A stretch of 64,000 nucleotides of DNA, taken from the NCBI GenBank assembly GCA_041650615.1, contig JBAZKU010000001.1, forward strand, positions 23,385 through 87,384, given 5' to 3'. Source of the stretch: Minisyncoccota bacterium. GTDB taxonomy: Bacteria > Patescibacteriota > Minisyncoccia > Phycocordibacterales > UBA9973. Positions 33,642-42,473 of this stretch are shown here, one piece after another (position 1 is the first letter of the stretch; every line of letters starts with the position of its first letter). The notes under the pieces were generated by a model. That model did not search any database and had not been told where the DNA came from. It saw only the letters and a program-made list of their open reading frames with translations. The position numbers and the translations under genes are program-made.

Positions 33642-33663
33642 ATGTCAAAGTGTCTCTTTGACA
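33642..33663. repeat. REP-like palindrome at the 5' end of the RAYT gene
   Basis: ATGTCAAAGTGTCTCTTTGACA, identical over 22 bp to the copy at 33003. Confidence 0.85.
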
Positions 33664-33722
33664 GCAAGTACTTTTGTTGATAACTATCACACAAATATTA
33701 TTTTTTAAGCTATAATATAACC

Positions 33723-34259
33723 ATGTTCACCGACCCGGTAAAAAACTTAAAAGCCTTTGATTTAAGGGAAAATATGATTGTGGCGGATTTGGGCGCTGGT
33801 TCCGGCTTTTATACTATTCCTGCGGCAGGAATAGTTTCCAGGGGAAAAGTTTATGCCATTGAAATACAAAAAGATTTTTTAACAACAATCAAAAATAAGG
33901 CGGCAGAGGCTCATCTTAATAATCTGGAATGCTTCGTAGGGGATATTGAAAAAATAGGCGGGACAAAATTAAAAGACAATATAGTAGATGCCGTAATTGC
34001 TTCCAATATACTTTTTCAAGTGGAAGACAAAGATAAATTTATAGAAGAAGCAAAAAGAATATTGAAACCCAATGGCAAACTCCTTCTTATTGATTGGTCT
34101 GATAATTCGTCCGGTATCGGAGCCAGTTTTGATAAAATTATTCCTAAAAATAAGGCGCGGGAAATGTTTGAAAAGGAAGGTTTCATATGGCAGCGGGATA
34201 TTTCCGCTGGAGACCATCATTATGGTATGATTCTAGTAAAGGGAAATGAATCCCGTTAG
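33723..34259 (+). CDS. Class I SAM-dependent methyltransferase
   Basis: VADLGAGSG motif I, RILKPNGKLLLIDW. Confidence 0.9.
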   Translation: MFTDPVKNLKAFDLRENMIVADLGAGSGFYTIPAAGIVSRGKVYAIEIQKDFLTTIKNKAAEAHLNNLECFVGDIEKIGGTKLKDNIVDAVIASNILFQVEDKDKFIEEAKRILKPNGKLLLIDWSDNSSGIGASFDKIIPKNKAREMFEKEGFIWQRDISAGDHHYGMILVKGNESR

Positions 34260-34372
34260 AGATTGCATGGTTAATAAATCAGATAATATATAAAAAATGA
34301 CTTTATGTCGAAAATTTTAATAAAAAGTAATATAACTACGGGAATGCAAAGCATTTCCTATCTCTAACGAGA
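34251..34372. mobile_element. ATG-abutting inverted-repeat element (family A), copy 5
   Basis: ATGAA|TCCCGTTAGAGAT...ATCTCTAACGAGA|TGAA; the left arm also supplies the upstream gene's TAG. Confidence 0.85.
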
Positions 34373-35667
34373 TGAAAGGAAATTTCCAAATTATAATTTT
34401 AATCGTATTCATTGTTGCTGCTATTTTAGGTGTTTTGGTTTTTTCGGGCGCAATACCTCTTGGAAGTGATGGAGGCGATACCGGAATACAGGGCACGGTT
34501 GTTTTGTGGGGCACAATAAAAGCGGGAATTATTAACACTTTGCTTGATGACTTTAATCGTGGCAATCCCACTTTTATCGTAAAATATGTGGAAAAATCTC
34601 CGGATACTTTTGATAACGATTTATTGGAAGCACTCGCTGCTGGAGTTGGTCCGGATATGTTTTTTATAACTGATGATTTGGTATTTAAATACAGTAATAA
34701 AATTTATACTATTCCATATGCAAGTTTCCCGGTTAATACTTTTAAAAATACTTTTGTCGGCGCGGGAGAAGTTTTTTTGACTTCAAAAGGAGTTTTAGCT
34801 TTCCCGATTACTGTTGACCCTATGATGATGTATTACAACAGAACCATTCTTGATGCGAATGGTGTTGCTTACCCTCCGGCATATTGGGATGAATTTGCCA
34901 ATTTTGTTTCGCTTTTGACTAAAAAGGACAGTAGAGGCGTGATTTTAAAAAGCACAGTGGCCATGGGGCAGTTTTCAAATGTTTTACACGCCAAAGATAT
35001 ATTATCCGCTCTTTTTATGCAGGCAGGAAATTCAATTGTAGCCGAGAAAAATGGGGTTTTTATATCTACCTTAAGCCAGAGCGATGGAAAATATGACTTG
35101 GGTTCTATCTTGGAATTTTATACGAATTTTGCCGACCCATTAAACAGTCTTTATTCTTGGAATAAATCTTTTTCCGATTCGCAAAATGCTTTCAGTGCGG
35201 AAGATTTGGCATTTTATTTTGGTTATGCGAGCGAATTGGAATCCTTGGTTAATAAAAATCCAAATCAAAATTTCTTGGTTACGTCTATGCCTCAGATTAG
35301 AAATAGCAATTTAAAATTAACTTCTGCCCGTACCACAGGCGTTGCCATCTCTTCCTTCTCTAAAAACTTTAATACTGCCTTTACGGCAGCAGGTCTTTTG
35401 TCCAGCGGGGATTTTGCTTCAGAGCTTGCTGCTTCTTTAGGAATTGCTCCGGCTCGCCGAGACTTGCTTAACGCTAAGCCAACGGATGCATATTTGCCAA
35501 CCTTTTATGCTTCGGCATTTTTTGCAAAAAGCTGGCTTGATCCATCGCCCCAGAATACCGATAATATTTTCCAAGGGATGGTTGAAAAAGTGCTTTCCGG
35601 CAGTATGTCCGTGACCCAAGCTGTGAGTGATGCCAGCGCCAAGCTTGGATTATTATTGGTTAAATAA
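34372..35667 (+). CDS. Extracellular solute-binding protein (family 1, sugar-type)
   Basis: N-terminal TM, ALAAGVGPDMF, P..VDPMMMYYNR, PAYWDEF. Confidence 0.8.
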   Translation: MKGNFQIIILIVFIVAAILGVLVFSGAIPLGSDGGDTGIQGTVVLWGTIKAGIINTLLDDFNRGNPTFIVKYVEKSPDTFDNDLLEALAAGVGPDMFFITDDLVFKYSNKIYTIPYASFPVNTFKNTFVGAGEVFLTSKGVLAFPITVDPMMMYYNRTILDANGVAYPPAYWDEFANFVSLLTKKDSRGVILKSTVAMGQFSNVLHAKDILSALFMQAGNSIVAEKNGVFISTLSQSDGKYDLGSILEFYTNFADPLNSLYSWNKSFSDSQNAFSAEDLAFYFGYASELESLVNKNPNQNFLVTSMPQIRNSNLKLTSARTTGVAISSFSKNFNTAFTAAGLLSSGDFASELAASLGIAPARRDLLNAKPTDAYLPTFYASAFFAKSWLDPSPQNTDNIFQGMVEKVLSGSMSVTQAVSDASAKLGLLLVK

Positions 35668-35671
35668 ATTT

Positions 35672-36103
35672 ATGAAAAAAACTAATTTAAAATTATTTCT
35701 GATTGCTGCCTTTGTTTTAGTTGGATTTTTTTCATTATATTTTTTTAGTACAGAAGTCTTGGCGCAAGATACTAATTTGGTTCCTTGCGGAACAATACGT
35801 GATGCGAACAATAACATAACGAACCCCTGCGGTTTTAATGACATAATGACTTTAATAAATACGGTAGTAAAATTTATTTTTATTAATTTGGCTTTACCTA
35901 TCGCTGCTATAATGTTCGCCTATGCGGGATTTGAGCTTGTAACTTCGGGAGGGGAGACTTCCAAAAGAGAAAGAGCCAAGAGAATATTTATCAATGTAGC
36001 TATTGGTCTGATTGTAGTGGCGGCCGCTTTCCTTATAGTTCAGACAGTATTAAAAATAGCAGGATATGATACAGGTAATGGGTGGAATTGGTTTGGATTT
36101 TAA
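35672..36103 (+). CDS. VirB2/TrbC-like pilin 1
   Basis: Leader, Cys pair, YAGFELVTSGGETSKRERAKRI..VAIGL; start set to the ATG at 35672. Confidence 0.75.
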   Translation: MKKTNLKLFLIAAFVLVGFFSLYFFSTEVLAQDTNLVPCGTIRDANNNITNPCGFNDIMTLINTVVKFIFINLALPIAAIMFAYAGFELVTSGGETSKRERAKRIFINVAIGLIVVAAAFLIVQTVLKIAGYDTGNGWNWFGF

Positions 36104-36120
36104 GGTTATAAAGAATATAA

Positions 36121-36157
36121 CCCTGTAGTAGAATTTTGGAAAAATTTCACTACGGGG
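36121..36157. repeat. Palindromic element, family C (CCCTGTAG...CTACGGGG)
   Basis: TATAA|CCCTGTAGT...ACTACGGGG|TATAA; relatives at 36561-36590 and 24230-24258. Confidence 0.75.
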
Positions 36158-36169
36158 TATAATATAAAC

Positions 36170-36568
36170 ATGAATTACATTAAGAAAAACTTGCCCAAAA
36201 TTATTTTAGTAACTTTTATATTAGCTTTACCGATTTTATCTTTAGCCCAAAATGGTACAAATCCTCCTCCCGCAGGTAATGGTACAAATCCCCCTGCTAC
36301 AGGTAACGTAAAAATTGTTAACCCTATACATTCAGAAACATTAACCGGGTTAATTAAGACTATTCTGGAAGGAGTAATCAAAATCGGTATGCCCATTATT
36401 GTTTTAGCTATTATTTATTCTGGTTTTCTTTTTGTCAGGGCGCAAGGCAATTCGGAAAAATTAAATGAAGCTAAGCGTACCCTGCTTTACACTTTAATCG
36501 GCGCAGCGATACTCCTGGGGTCGTGGGGTATTGCCTTGCTTATAACAAATACAGTCAAAGCCCTGTAG
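36170..36568 (+). CDS. VirB2/TrbC-like pilin 2
   Basis: IIYSGFLFVRAQGNSEKLNEAKRTLLYTLIG; 27-bp tandem repeat at 36251-36304. Confidence 0.8.
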   Translation: MNYIKKNLPKIILVTFILALPILSLAQNGTNPPPAGNGTNPPATGNVKIVNPIHSETLTGLIKTILEGVIKIGMPIIVLAIIYSGFLFVRAQGNSEKLNEAKRTLLYTLIGAAILLGSWGIALLITNTVKAL

Positions 36569-36633
36569 TAGAGCATAGCTCACTACCGGGTATACATTAT
36601 TAAATAATATTTGTTGATTTTAAATAAAATTTT

Positions 36634-36924
36634 ATGTTATGCACTTTAGCAGCCAATCCTAAACTTCAAGACCTTTTAAGTTATATAAGCTGTATTATTA
36701 ATGGATCGGTGATCCCTGTTATTTTCGGCTTAGCTATAGTTATGTTTATTTGGGGAGTGGTTCAATACGTTATAAATAGCGATGAGGAAGCAAAAAAAGA
36801 GAAAGGCAAGCAATTTATGATTTGGGGCATTATCGGTTTGGCGGTAATGGTAGGTATTTGGGGACTAGTCAAGATAGTAGGGTCTACCTTTGGTATTGAG
36901 TATGTTATTCCACAATTAAATTAG
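36634..36924 (+). CDS. VirB2/TrbC-like pilin 3
   Basis: FIWGVVQYVINSDEEAKKEKGKQFMIWGIIGL. Confidence 0.8.
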   Translation: MLCTLAANPKLQDLLSYISCIINGSVIPVIFGLAIVMFIWGVVQYVINSDEEAKKEKGKQFMIWGIIGLAVMVGIWGLVKIVGSTFGIEYVIPQLN

Positions 36925-36932
36925 TTGGCTTG

Positions 36933-36969
36933 CCCCCACACTTATTTTCCCTTAAAATAAGTGTGGGGG
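36933..36969. repeat. Family B palindromic element
   Basis: CTTG|CCCCCACACTTATTTT...AAAATAAGTGTGGGGG|CTTG. Confidence 0.85.
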
Positions 36970-37056
36970 CTTGCATTACTTATTTTGTTTTTTGTGATAT
37001 AATATGGGTATATTATTATTAGGTCGCTTTTATTATTAATATTATTATAAGAATTT

Positions 37057-37431
37057 ATGAAGAAAAAATTAGGTGTGTTGTCGGGTGCTGTTTTAAGTTT
37101 TATGCCACTTATGGCTTTAGCGCAAAATGCGACAGGTTGTGACAGTGTACAACTTGGAACAATCCAAAGTATAATTTGTAAAATCGGTAATATTTTGGAT
37201 ACTATTATCCCGGTTCTTGTTGTTTTAGGGGTAGTCTACTTTGTTTGGGGAGTTGTTACTTATGTCATTTCCAGTGATGAAGAAGCAAAGAAAACAGGCA
37301 GAATGAGAATGATTTACGGTATTATCGGTTTGGTAGTTATTGTTGCTATGTGGGGTCTTGTCGGTATTGTCACCAGAACCTTTGATTTGACTGGTTCTGC
37401 AAATGTCAGTATTCCGACGGTTCCTTTCTAA
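37057..37431 (+). CDS. VirB2/TrbC-like pilin 4
   Basis: PLMALAQ leader; FVWGVVTYVISSDEEAKKTGRMRMIYGIIGL. Confidence 0.8.
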   Translation: MKKKLGVLSGAVLSFMPLMALAQNATGCDSVQLGTIQSIICKIGNILDTIIPVLVVLGVVYFVWGVVTYVISSDEEAKKTGRMRMIYGIIGLVVIVAMWGLVGIVTRTFDLTGSANVSIPTVPF

Positions 37432-37452
37432 AACATAAAATATGTTCACGGA

Positions 37453-37520
37453 TCCCGTTAAAAATTCACAAACGGGATTGTTGTTGGGTGTTTATTAGTT
37501 AATTTCAATTTCTAACGGGA
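37453..37520. mobile_element. ATG-abutting inverted-repeat element (family A), copy 6, degenerate
   Basis: ACGGA|TCCCGTTAAAAAT...ATTTCTAACGGGA|TGAA, with an extra internal AACGGGAT arm. Confidence 0.75.
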
Positions 37521-37849
37521 TGAATTTACTCTTTATAAATGTAGCTTATGCAAGTGAAAGTGTTGATGCTTTCATTTCAAATGTTAATAAGCTCATCATA
37601 AACCCGCTCATCATACTGCTTTTCGGTTTGGCGGTAGTGTATTTTCTGTATGGCGTGTTTCAATTTATTTCAAATTCGGCAAATGAAGAAGCAAAAACAA
37701 AAGGAAAGAGTCATATGATTTGGGGTATTATTGGAATTGTTGTAATGATGGGGGTATTCACAATTTTGAATATGATTATGAATACTTTCAATATAGAGGG
37801 AATAAATCCTGAACAGGGGACAGTACAATTGCCTGATTATAATCAGTAA
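37520..37849 (+). CDS. VirB2/TrbC-like pilin 5
   Basis: VAYA leader; FLYGVFQFISNSANEEAKTKGKSHMIWGIIG. Confidence 0.8.
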   Translation: MNLLFINVAYASESVDAFISNVNKLIINPLIILLFGLAVVYFLYGVFQFISNSANEEAKTKGKSHMIWGIIGIVVMMGVFTILNMIMNTFNIEGINPEQGTVQLPDYNQ

Positions 37850-37880
37850 ATCTAGTTTGAATTTAAATAAAAGGTAATAA

Positions 37881-37908
37881 AAAAGGCGATTCATTTGAAT
37901 CGCCTTTT
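37881..37908. terminator. Bidirectional intrinsic terminator
   Basis: AAAAGGCGATTCA-TT-TGAATCGCCTTTT between convergent genes. Confidence 0.7.
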
Positions 37909-37931
37909 GCGTTGCGTCCTTTAGCGCAACG

Positions 37932-38336
37932 TTATTGCCACCAAGAAAATATAATTGTATCCTTTCCAAAAGGATAAACAAAATAATTTTCTGCTGGCAT
38001 TTTCCACCATTCTTTTATGTGTTCAGAATTTATTCCTGGTTTTTCATTACATATAAAGAATTTTGTGTTATCAGAAGAAAGAACATATTTCGCTTCACCT
38101 CCACCCAATATTCGGGTATAGGATTTTAGTGGATTTAGATATGCCTTTATGGGTTTATCCATTGTGGCAAATCCTTGTCCGCATTTTGGAAATTCAACTA
38201 TTGTTTCGGTGGTTTCTGTTAATGAACAATAATTGATACTTATTATTAAGAATAAGATAAGTATCAATATTACTATCGCTATAAATGCCCCCTTGTTTGA
38301 CAAAATTCCTCCCTGACGAAATCCTTGCTTATGCAT
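37932..38336 (-). CDS. Hypothetical single-TM protein
   Basis: 134-aa ORF overlapping the SPFH stop; GGAGG upstream. Confidence 0.65.
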   Translation of the reverse strand: MHKQGFRQGGILSNKGAFIAIVILILILFLIISINYCSLTETTETIVEFPKCGQGFATMDKPIKAYLNPLKSYTRILGGGEAKYVLSSDNTKFFICNEKPGINSEHIKEWWKMPAENYFVYPFGKDTIIFSWWQ

Positions 38337-39345
38337 TTTTTCCCTCCTTCTTCATGATAGCACTAAGAAATCCTCCGAGAATCCCTGTTTCTCCCTGTAC
38401 GGACACAATACTTTTCTTTATTGTTGGATCCATAAGAAGATCAGCTTCATCCACTGCGGTTTGAGGTGAGACGCCGATATCATTTAAAAATTGCTTCGCA
38501 ACGGTGATTCTACTTTTTGCAGCTTTTCCTCTTGCTTCGGCTTGTTTTTCTTCTTCAAGAGCTGCTTCCGTTTCTGGTGTAAATGATACATTTCCTAAAT
38601 CAAATGTTTCTACGTCAATTCCGTAACGTTGCTCAATATCTGAACGACTGTCAGATAAAGCACTCTCGTTAGCTTTTATAACTCGGATTTCAGGCCAATG
38701 AAAGTTATAAAAATCAATTAGCTCATTGGCATTAATTGGTTTATCAAATTTACAATCTGGGTTTCCACAAAAAAACCAATTAGATTTTCCCCAATTAGAT
38801 TCATTAGGATCAGGGATTTCTGAACCTTGTTTGTGCATTATGTGAGGTGGTCTTGCAAGTCGCAAGACAGCATTTACGATATCCCCAAGAGCAGGTCGAC
38901 TTTCAATAAATACGGTATGTGGATGATTCCCCCCAATTCCTCCTATTCTTGCTTCAACGGCTTCAATCACACCAGCCAAGATTACTTCTTCACTGACTGT
39001 GACAAATACGTTTCGACCATAATCAGGATGTTTTGGATCAAGATGCACCACATCTGGATCGGGTCTGTATTGGAAAACGCCCTCGATTGCCAGTTTGTAA
39101 CCATCTTTTGTAGTGAAAGTGAACTTTATATCCTTTTTTACCAATTCCATTGAAACTTGTTCAAATGAACTTATAAATGGAATAACAAAATGAGGTCCTT
39201 CTCGTAATATTCCATTTTCCCCTCGGACTCGCGCTTTAAGTATACTCAAAACATAGAATGTATACTCGGGCACAAGCACTATAGCGTTTAATAATATTAT
39301 TATTATTACGATTACTATAATACTAATAATAATGATTGTTTCCAT
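38329..39345 (-). CDS. SPFH/Band 7 domain protein with an internal insertion
   Basis: N-terminal TM, ILREGPHFVIPF, TTKDG, YGIDVETFDLGNV, Ala/Glu-rich coiled tail. Confidence 0.8.
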   Translation of the reverse strand: METIIIISIIVIVIIIILLNAIVLVPEYTFYVLSILKARVRGENGILREGPHFVIPFISSFEQVSMELVKKDIKFTFTTKDGYKLAIEGVFQYRPDPDVVHLDPKHPDYGRNVFVTVSEEVILAGVIEAVEARIGGIGGNHPHTVFIESRPALGDIVNAVLRLARPPHIMHKQGSEIPDPNESNWGKSNWFFCGNPDCKFDKPINANELIDFYNFHWPEIRVIKANESALSDSRSDIEQRYGIDVETFDLGNVSFTPETEAALEEEKQAEARGKAAKSRITVAKQFLNDIGVSPQTAVDEADLLMDPTIKKSIVSVQGETGILGGFLSAIMKKEGKNA

Positions 39346-39405
39346 CTTATTTGCCCTCCTAAGGCTGTTTTTTTATTGAATTTTCAAAGAATTTATTATG
39401 CTAAA

Positions 39406-39434
39406 AGTATATCACATATAAACTAAAAAGTCAA
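39406..39434 (-). promoter_or_regulatory. Sigma70-type promoter of the SPFH operon
   Basis: TTGACT-17 bp-TATACT; the -35 box lies in the arm of the terminator hairpin at 39424-39454. Confidence 0.7.
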
Positions 39435-39475
39435 CCTTTTGGGTTGACTTTTTAGGGCTTAATTTAAGGTTCGTT

Positions 39476-40027
39476 TTAAGCGTGTTTCATTGGCTCTAAC
39501 ATATAATTTTCTTTAGAACGATGGACATATCTCCATAAAAAGATTATCGCTAAAACTAGTACTATGGCAATAATCCATTGAATTAAACCGGACGGCATAA
39601 AACTATCGGAGCCGAACAAGGCGTTAGCTGTGAGGTCGCCATAACTTTCATTAATATCACTGGCGGTTGCTACTTTAGCTGGGGTCGTAGTTTTTGCAAC
39701 AGTAGTATTGGTAGTCTTTTTGGCAACTGTAGTTTTTGTCGCAGTTGTGGTAGGAGCTATATAATTTCCTACGCAAGATTGACCATTAACTGTACTATAA
39801 CCTGTATTTCTTCCTTCACATCCTGGTATTACCACTGGACCATTATTAACTGGGTTAGAGATGTATTCTACAGGGTAAGTATAAGGGGTAAAGGTTACTC
39901 CGCTTTCAACTACACCACCGCGAGCAAAAGCCGGAGAAGCTAAAGAAAGTCCAAAAATAAAGGCTAAAATACCAAAAATCAATATTAAATTGTTGTTTAT
40001 TTTACTCATATAGGTATAGTATAGCAC
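39476..40027 (-). CDS. Hypothetical secreted / C-terminally anchored Thr-rich protein; start probably MSKINN
   Basis: Signal peptide, Cys pair, Thr/Lys-rich linker, C-terminal TM. Confidence 0.7.
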   Translation of the reverse strand: MLYYTYMSKINNNLILIFGILAFIFGLSLASPAFARGGVVESGVTFTPYTYPVEYISNPVNNGPVVIPGCEGRNTGYSTVNGQSCVGNYIAPTTTATKTTVAKKTTNTTVAKTTTPAKVATASDINESYGDLTANALFGSDSFMPSGLIQWIIAIVLVLAIIFLWRYVHRSKENYMLEPMKHA

Positions 40028-40059
40028 TTATCAATATAAAAGTCAAGTGCTTAAGGTTG

Positions 40060-40143
40060 TGCTGGGAGGGAGACTTGAACTCCCATGAGATTTCTCTCGC
40101 TTGCTCCTAAGGCAAGTGCGTCTGCCAATTTCGCCATCCCAGC
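40060..40143 (-). tRNA. tRNA-Leu(TAG)
   Basis: Anticodon arm CTTGC-CTTAGGA-GCAAG, long variable arm, GTTCAAGT. Confidence 0.93.
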
Positions 40144-40171
40144 TTATAAAAAAATTTTCAAACTAAACTTG

Positions 40172-40244
40172 TCCGCCCAGAGGGGATCGAACCCCCGACC
40201 TTATCCTTAAGAGGGATCTGCTCTACCAGCTGAGCTATGGGCGG
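40172..40244 (-). tRNA. tRNA-Lys(CTT)
   Basis: CCGCCCATAGCTCAGCTGGTAGAGC, anticodon loop CTCTTAA, GTTCGATC. Confidence 0.93.
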
Positions 40245-40321
40245 ATATTATTTTTCCCTTTAAATTTAACACAAAAATTTTTATTTTGAAAGTTTTTAAA
40301 AAAATGTTAGATTATATAAAC

Positions 40322-40393
40322 GGCCTGGTAGCCAAGTGGTAAGGCAGAGATCTGCAAAATCTCTATACGGCGGTTCAATTCCGCCCCAGGCCT
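40322..40393 (+). tRNA. tRNA-Cys(GCA)
   Basis: GAGAT-CTGCAAA-ATCTC anticodon arm, U discriminator. Confidence 0.93.
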
Positions 40394-40525
40394 CATGGCA
40401 GAAATGCCAATGCCCGAGTGGATAAAAATCAAACTGCTTTGATTTTTATCCGAATAAAATGAGGAGGCCGACACTTGGGCATTGTTTTTTATAAAATAAA
40501 AAATATGCAATATATTTTTTAAAAT

Positions 40526-40607
40526 GCCCGAGTGGCGGAACTGGTATACGCGCACGACTTAAAATCGTGTCTCGTAAGGGATGTGGGTTCGATTCCCACC
40601 TCGGGCA
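40526..40607 (+). tRNA. tRNA-Leu(TAA)
   Basis: CACGA-CTTAAAA-TCGTG anticodon arm, long variable arm. Confidence 0.93.
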
Positions 40608-40612
40608 CAAAA

Positions 40613-40936
40613 TCATTTTTCTCTCAGCAATTCGTCAATTTTTTGCCTGTTTTTTTCTCCGCGATCTATTTCTATATCCACAAAAGGAATAATCTTTATT
40701 TTCATAATTTTTTTGAAATATTCGCGCAATTCTCCGCGTTTTCTTTTTACAAAGTCCAAAGCGCTAGCTTCTTTTTCGTCCGGCAGTACGGTTATAAAAA
40801 TAGTCGCACGTTTCAAATCAGGAGAGACGGTGCAAGAGGTGACCGTGATGAGGGAAGAATTATTGCTTTCACGTTCCAAAAATTGAGCCCCCAACTCTTT
40901 AAGAAGATTTGCCACCTTTTCATTTCTTTGAGCCAT
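40613..40936 (-). CDS. rbfA: Ribosome-binding factor A
   Basis: ITVT...SPDLKRATIF; follows infB; start set to MAQRNEK. Confidence 0.9.
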   Translation of the reverse strand: MAQRNEKVANLLKELGAQFLERESNNSSLITVTSCTVSPDLKRATIFITVLPDEKEASALDFVKRKRGELREYFKKIMKIKIIPFVDIEIDRGEKNRQKIDELLREK

Positions 40937-40940
40937 AGTT

Positions 40941-42461
40941 TTACTTTTGGGTGATATTAAACGATTCAATAATATCTCCTTCCACAATTTCTATTTTAGA
41001 TTCAATCATCATGCCGAATTCTGCGCCTTCTTCCACTTCTTTAACTTTTGTTTTGGCTTTTTCCAGATTCACTATTCTTCCGCGTCCGATTTCAAATTCC
41101 CGGCGCAGGATTTTGACAATTTTGTCCAAAATTATACGCCCCTTCAAAACCTTGCCTCCCACTATCTGGCGTTCCTTGGTACGGCTGAAAACCTTAAGAA
41201 TTTTTACTCTGCCCGTCGTTTCTATTGTTTCAATTTTCGGTCTTCTTTTTTCCATTTCAGCTTCCAGCCACTCTGTCATTTTATAGATAATATCAAAAAA
41301 GGAAATAGAAATACCTCGTTTAAGGGCAAGTTCTGTAGCACTCTTGTCTATTTTTACATTAAAGCCAATGACCAAAACATTTTCCCCTCCGCTTATTGTT
41401 TTTATATCCGATTCCGAAATAGGACCTACGCCTTTTTGCATAATTCTAAATTCGGCGTTCTCATTTTGTATTTTTTTGATTTCCTTTTCAATGGCTTCTA
41501 TTGAACCTGAAATGTCAGCTTTTAAGATAATTGGAATTATTTTTTTATTTTCCGCTGCATCGCTTTGTACTACATTACGGATAGGTGTTTCTTTATTCAG
41601 CTTTAGAGAATTCATATATATATCCGCCCCTTTTTTATTTTTAAAAGACTTGAATTCCGCGCCTATTTTAGGCATCTTGCTAAAACCGATAAGACGTATC
41701 GGAGAGGAAAAAGTTGCTTCATTTATGTTTATGCCTTTGAAATTTTCCATAATATTCGTGGAACAAACACTATCTTCCACCACTACTGTCATTCCCCTTG
41801 AAAGAGTTCCGTTTTTTATGACAAGCGTCGCTTGAATTCCGCGCCTAGAATCAAGATTTGCCTCAAGGACAAAACCGGAAGCATTTTCATCCTTGTTCCC
41901 GCAAAAGTTTTCCATTTCGGCAATAATATTTATTAACGACAATAATTCATCCACCTTCGCGCCGGTTTTTGCCGAAATTTCAACAAAAGGAATTTTACCA
42001 CCGTAATTTTCAAGATAAATTTCATTTTCCGCCAATTCCGTTTTTGTTTTTTCAATATTTGCATTTGCTTTATCTATTTTATTTATGGCAACAATACACG
42101 GAATTTTATTTAAAACTATTGTTTTCCAAGCCTCAATAGTTTGAGGTTTCACTCCGTCTTCAGCGGAAACGATTAGAATGGCAATATCGGCAATCAGCGC
42201 GCCACGTTCGCGCATTTTTGAAAATGATTCATGCCCAGGCGTATCAATAAAGGTTATTTTTCCAGACCCGGATTTGTCTGGCGTAGGGGCTTCCACTTCG
42301 TAGGCGGAAATATTTTGAGTTATGCCTCCAACTTCTTTTTCAACTATATTTGTCTTTCTTATATAATCAAGAAGCGTAGATTTACCATGGTCTATATGAC
42401 CCATAATTACCACTACCGGTGGTCTGGCTATATTATTTTCTTTTATATTTGTTTTTTCCAT
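40941..42461 (-). CDS. infB: Translation initiation factor IF-2 (short form without the N-terminal domain)
   Basis: RPPVVVIMGHIDHGKST, DTPGHE, NKID. Confidence 0.95.
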   Translation of the reverse strand: MEKTNIKENNIARPPVVVIMGHIDHGKSTLLDYIRKTNIVEKEVGGITQNISAYEVEAPTPDKSGSGKITFIDTPGHESFSKMRERGALIADIAILIVSAEDGVKPQTIEAWKTIVLNKIPCIVAINKIDKANANIEKTKTELAENEIYLENYGGKIPFVEISAKTGAKVDELLSLINIIAEMENFCGNKDENASGFVLEANLDSRRGIQATLVIKNGTLSRGMTVVVEDSVCSTNIMENFKGININEATFSSPIRLIGFSKMPKIGAEFKSFKNKKGADIYMNSLKLNKETPIRNVVQSDAAENKKIIPIILKADISGSIEAIEKEIKKIQNENAEFRIMQKGVGPISESDIKTISGGENVLVIGFNVKIDKSATELALKRGISISFFDIIYKMTEWLEAEMEKRRPKIETIETTGRVKILKVFSRTKERQIVGGKVLKGRIILDKIVKILRREFEIGRGRIVNLEKAKTKVKEVEEGAEFGMMIESKIEIVEGDIIESFNITQK

Positions 42462-42473
42462 ATTGTTTTACTT

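Noticed and set aside
40307-40954. ORFs over the tRNA cluster and antisense to rbfA (also 48537-48758)
   Set aside because: They are translations of tRNA genes or shadows of real genes.
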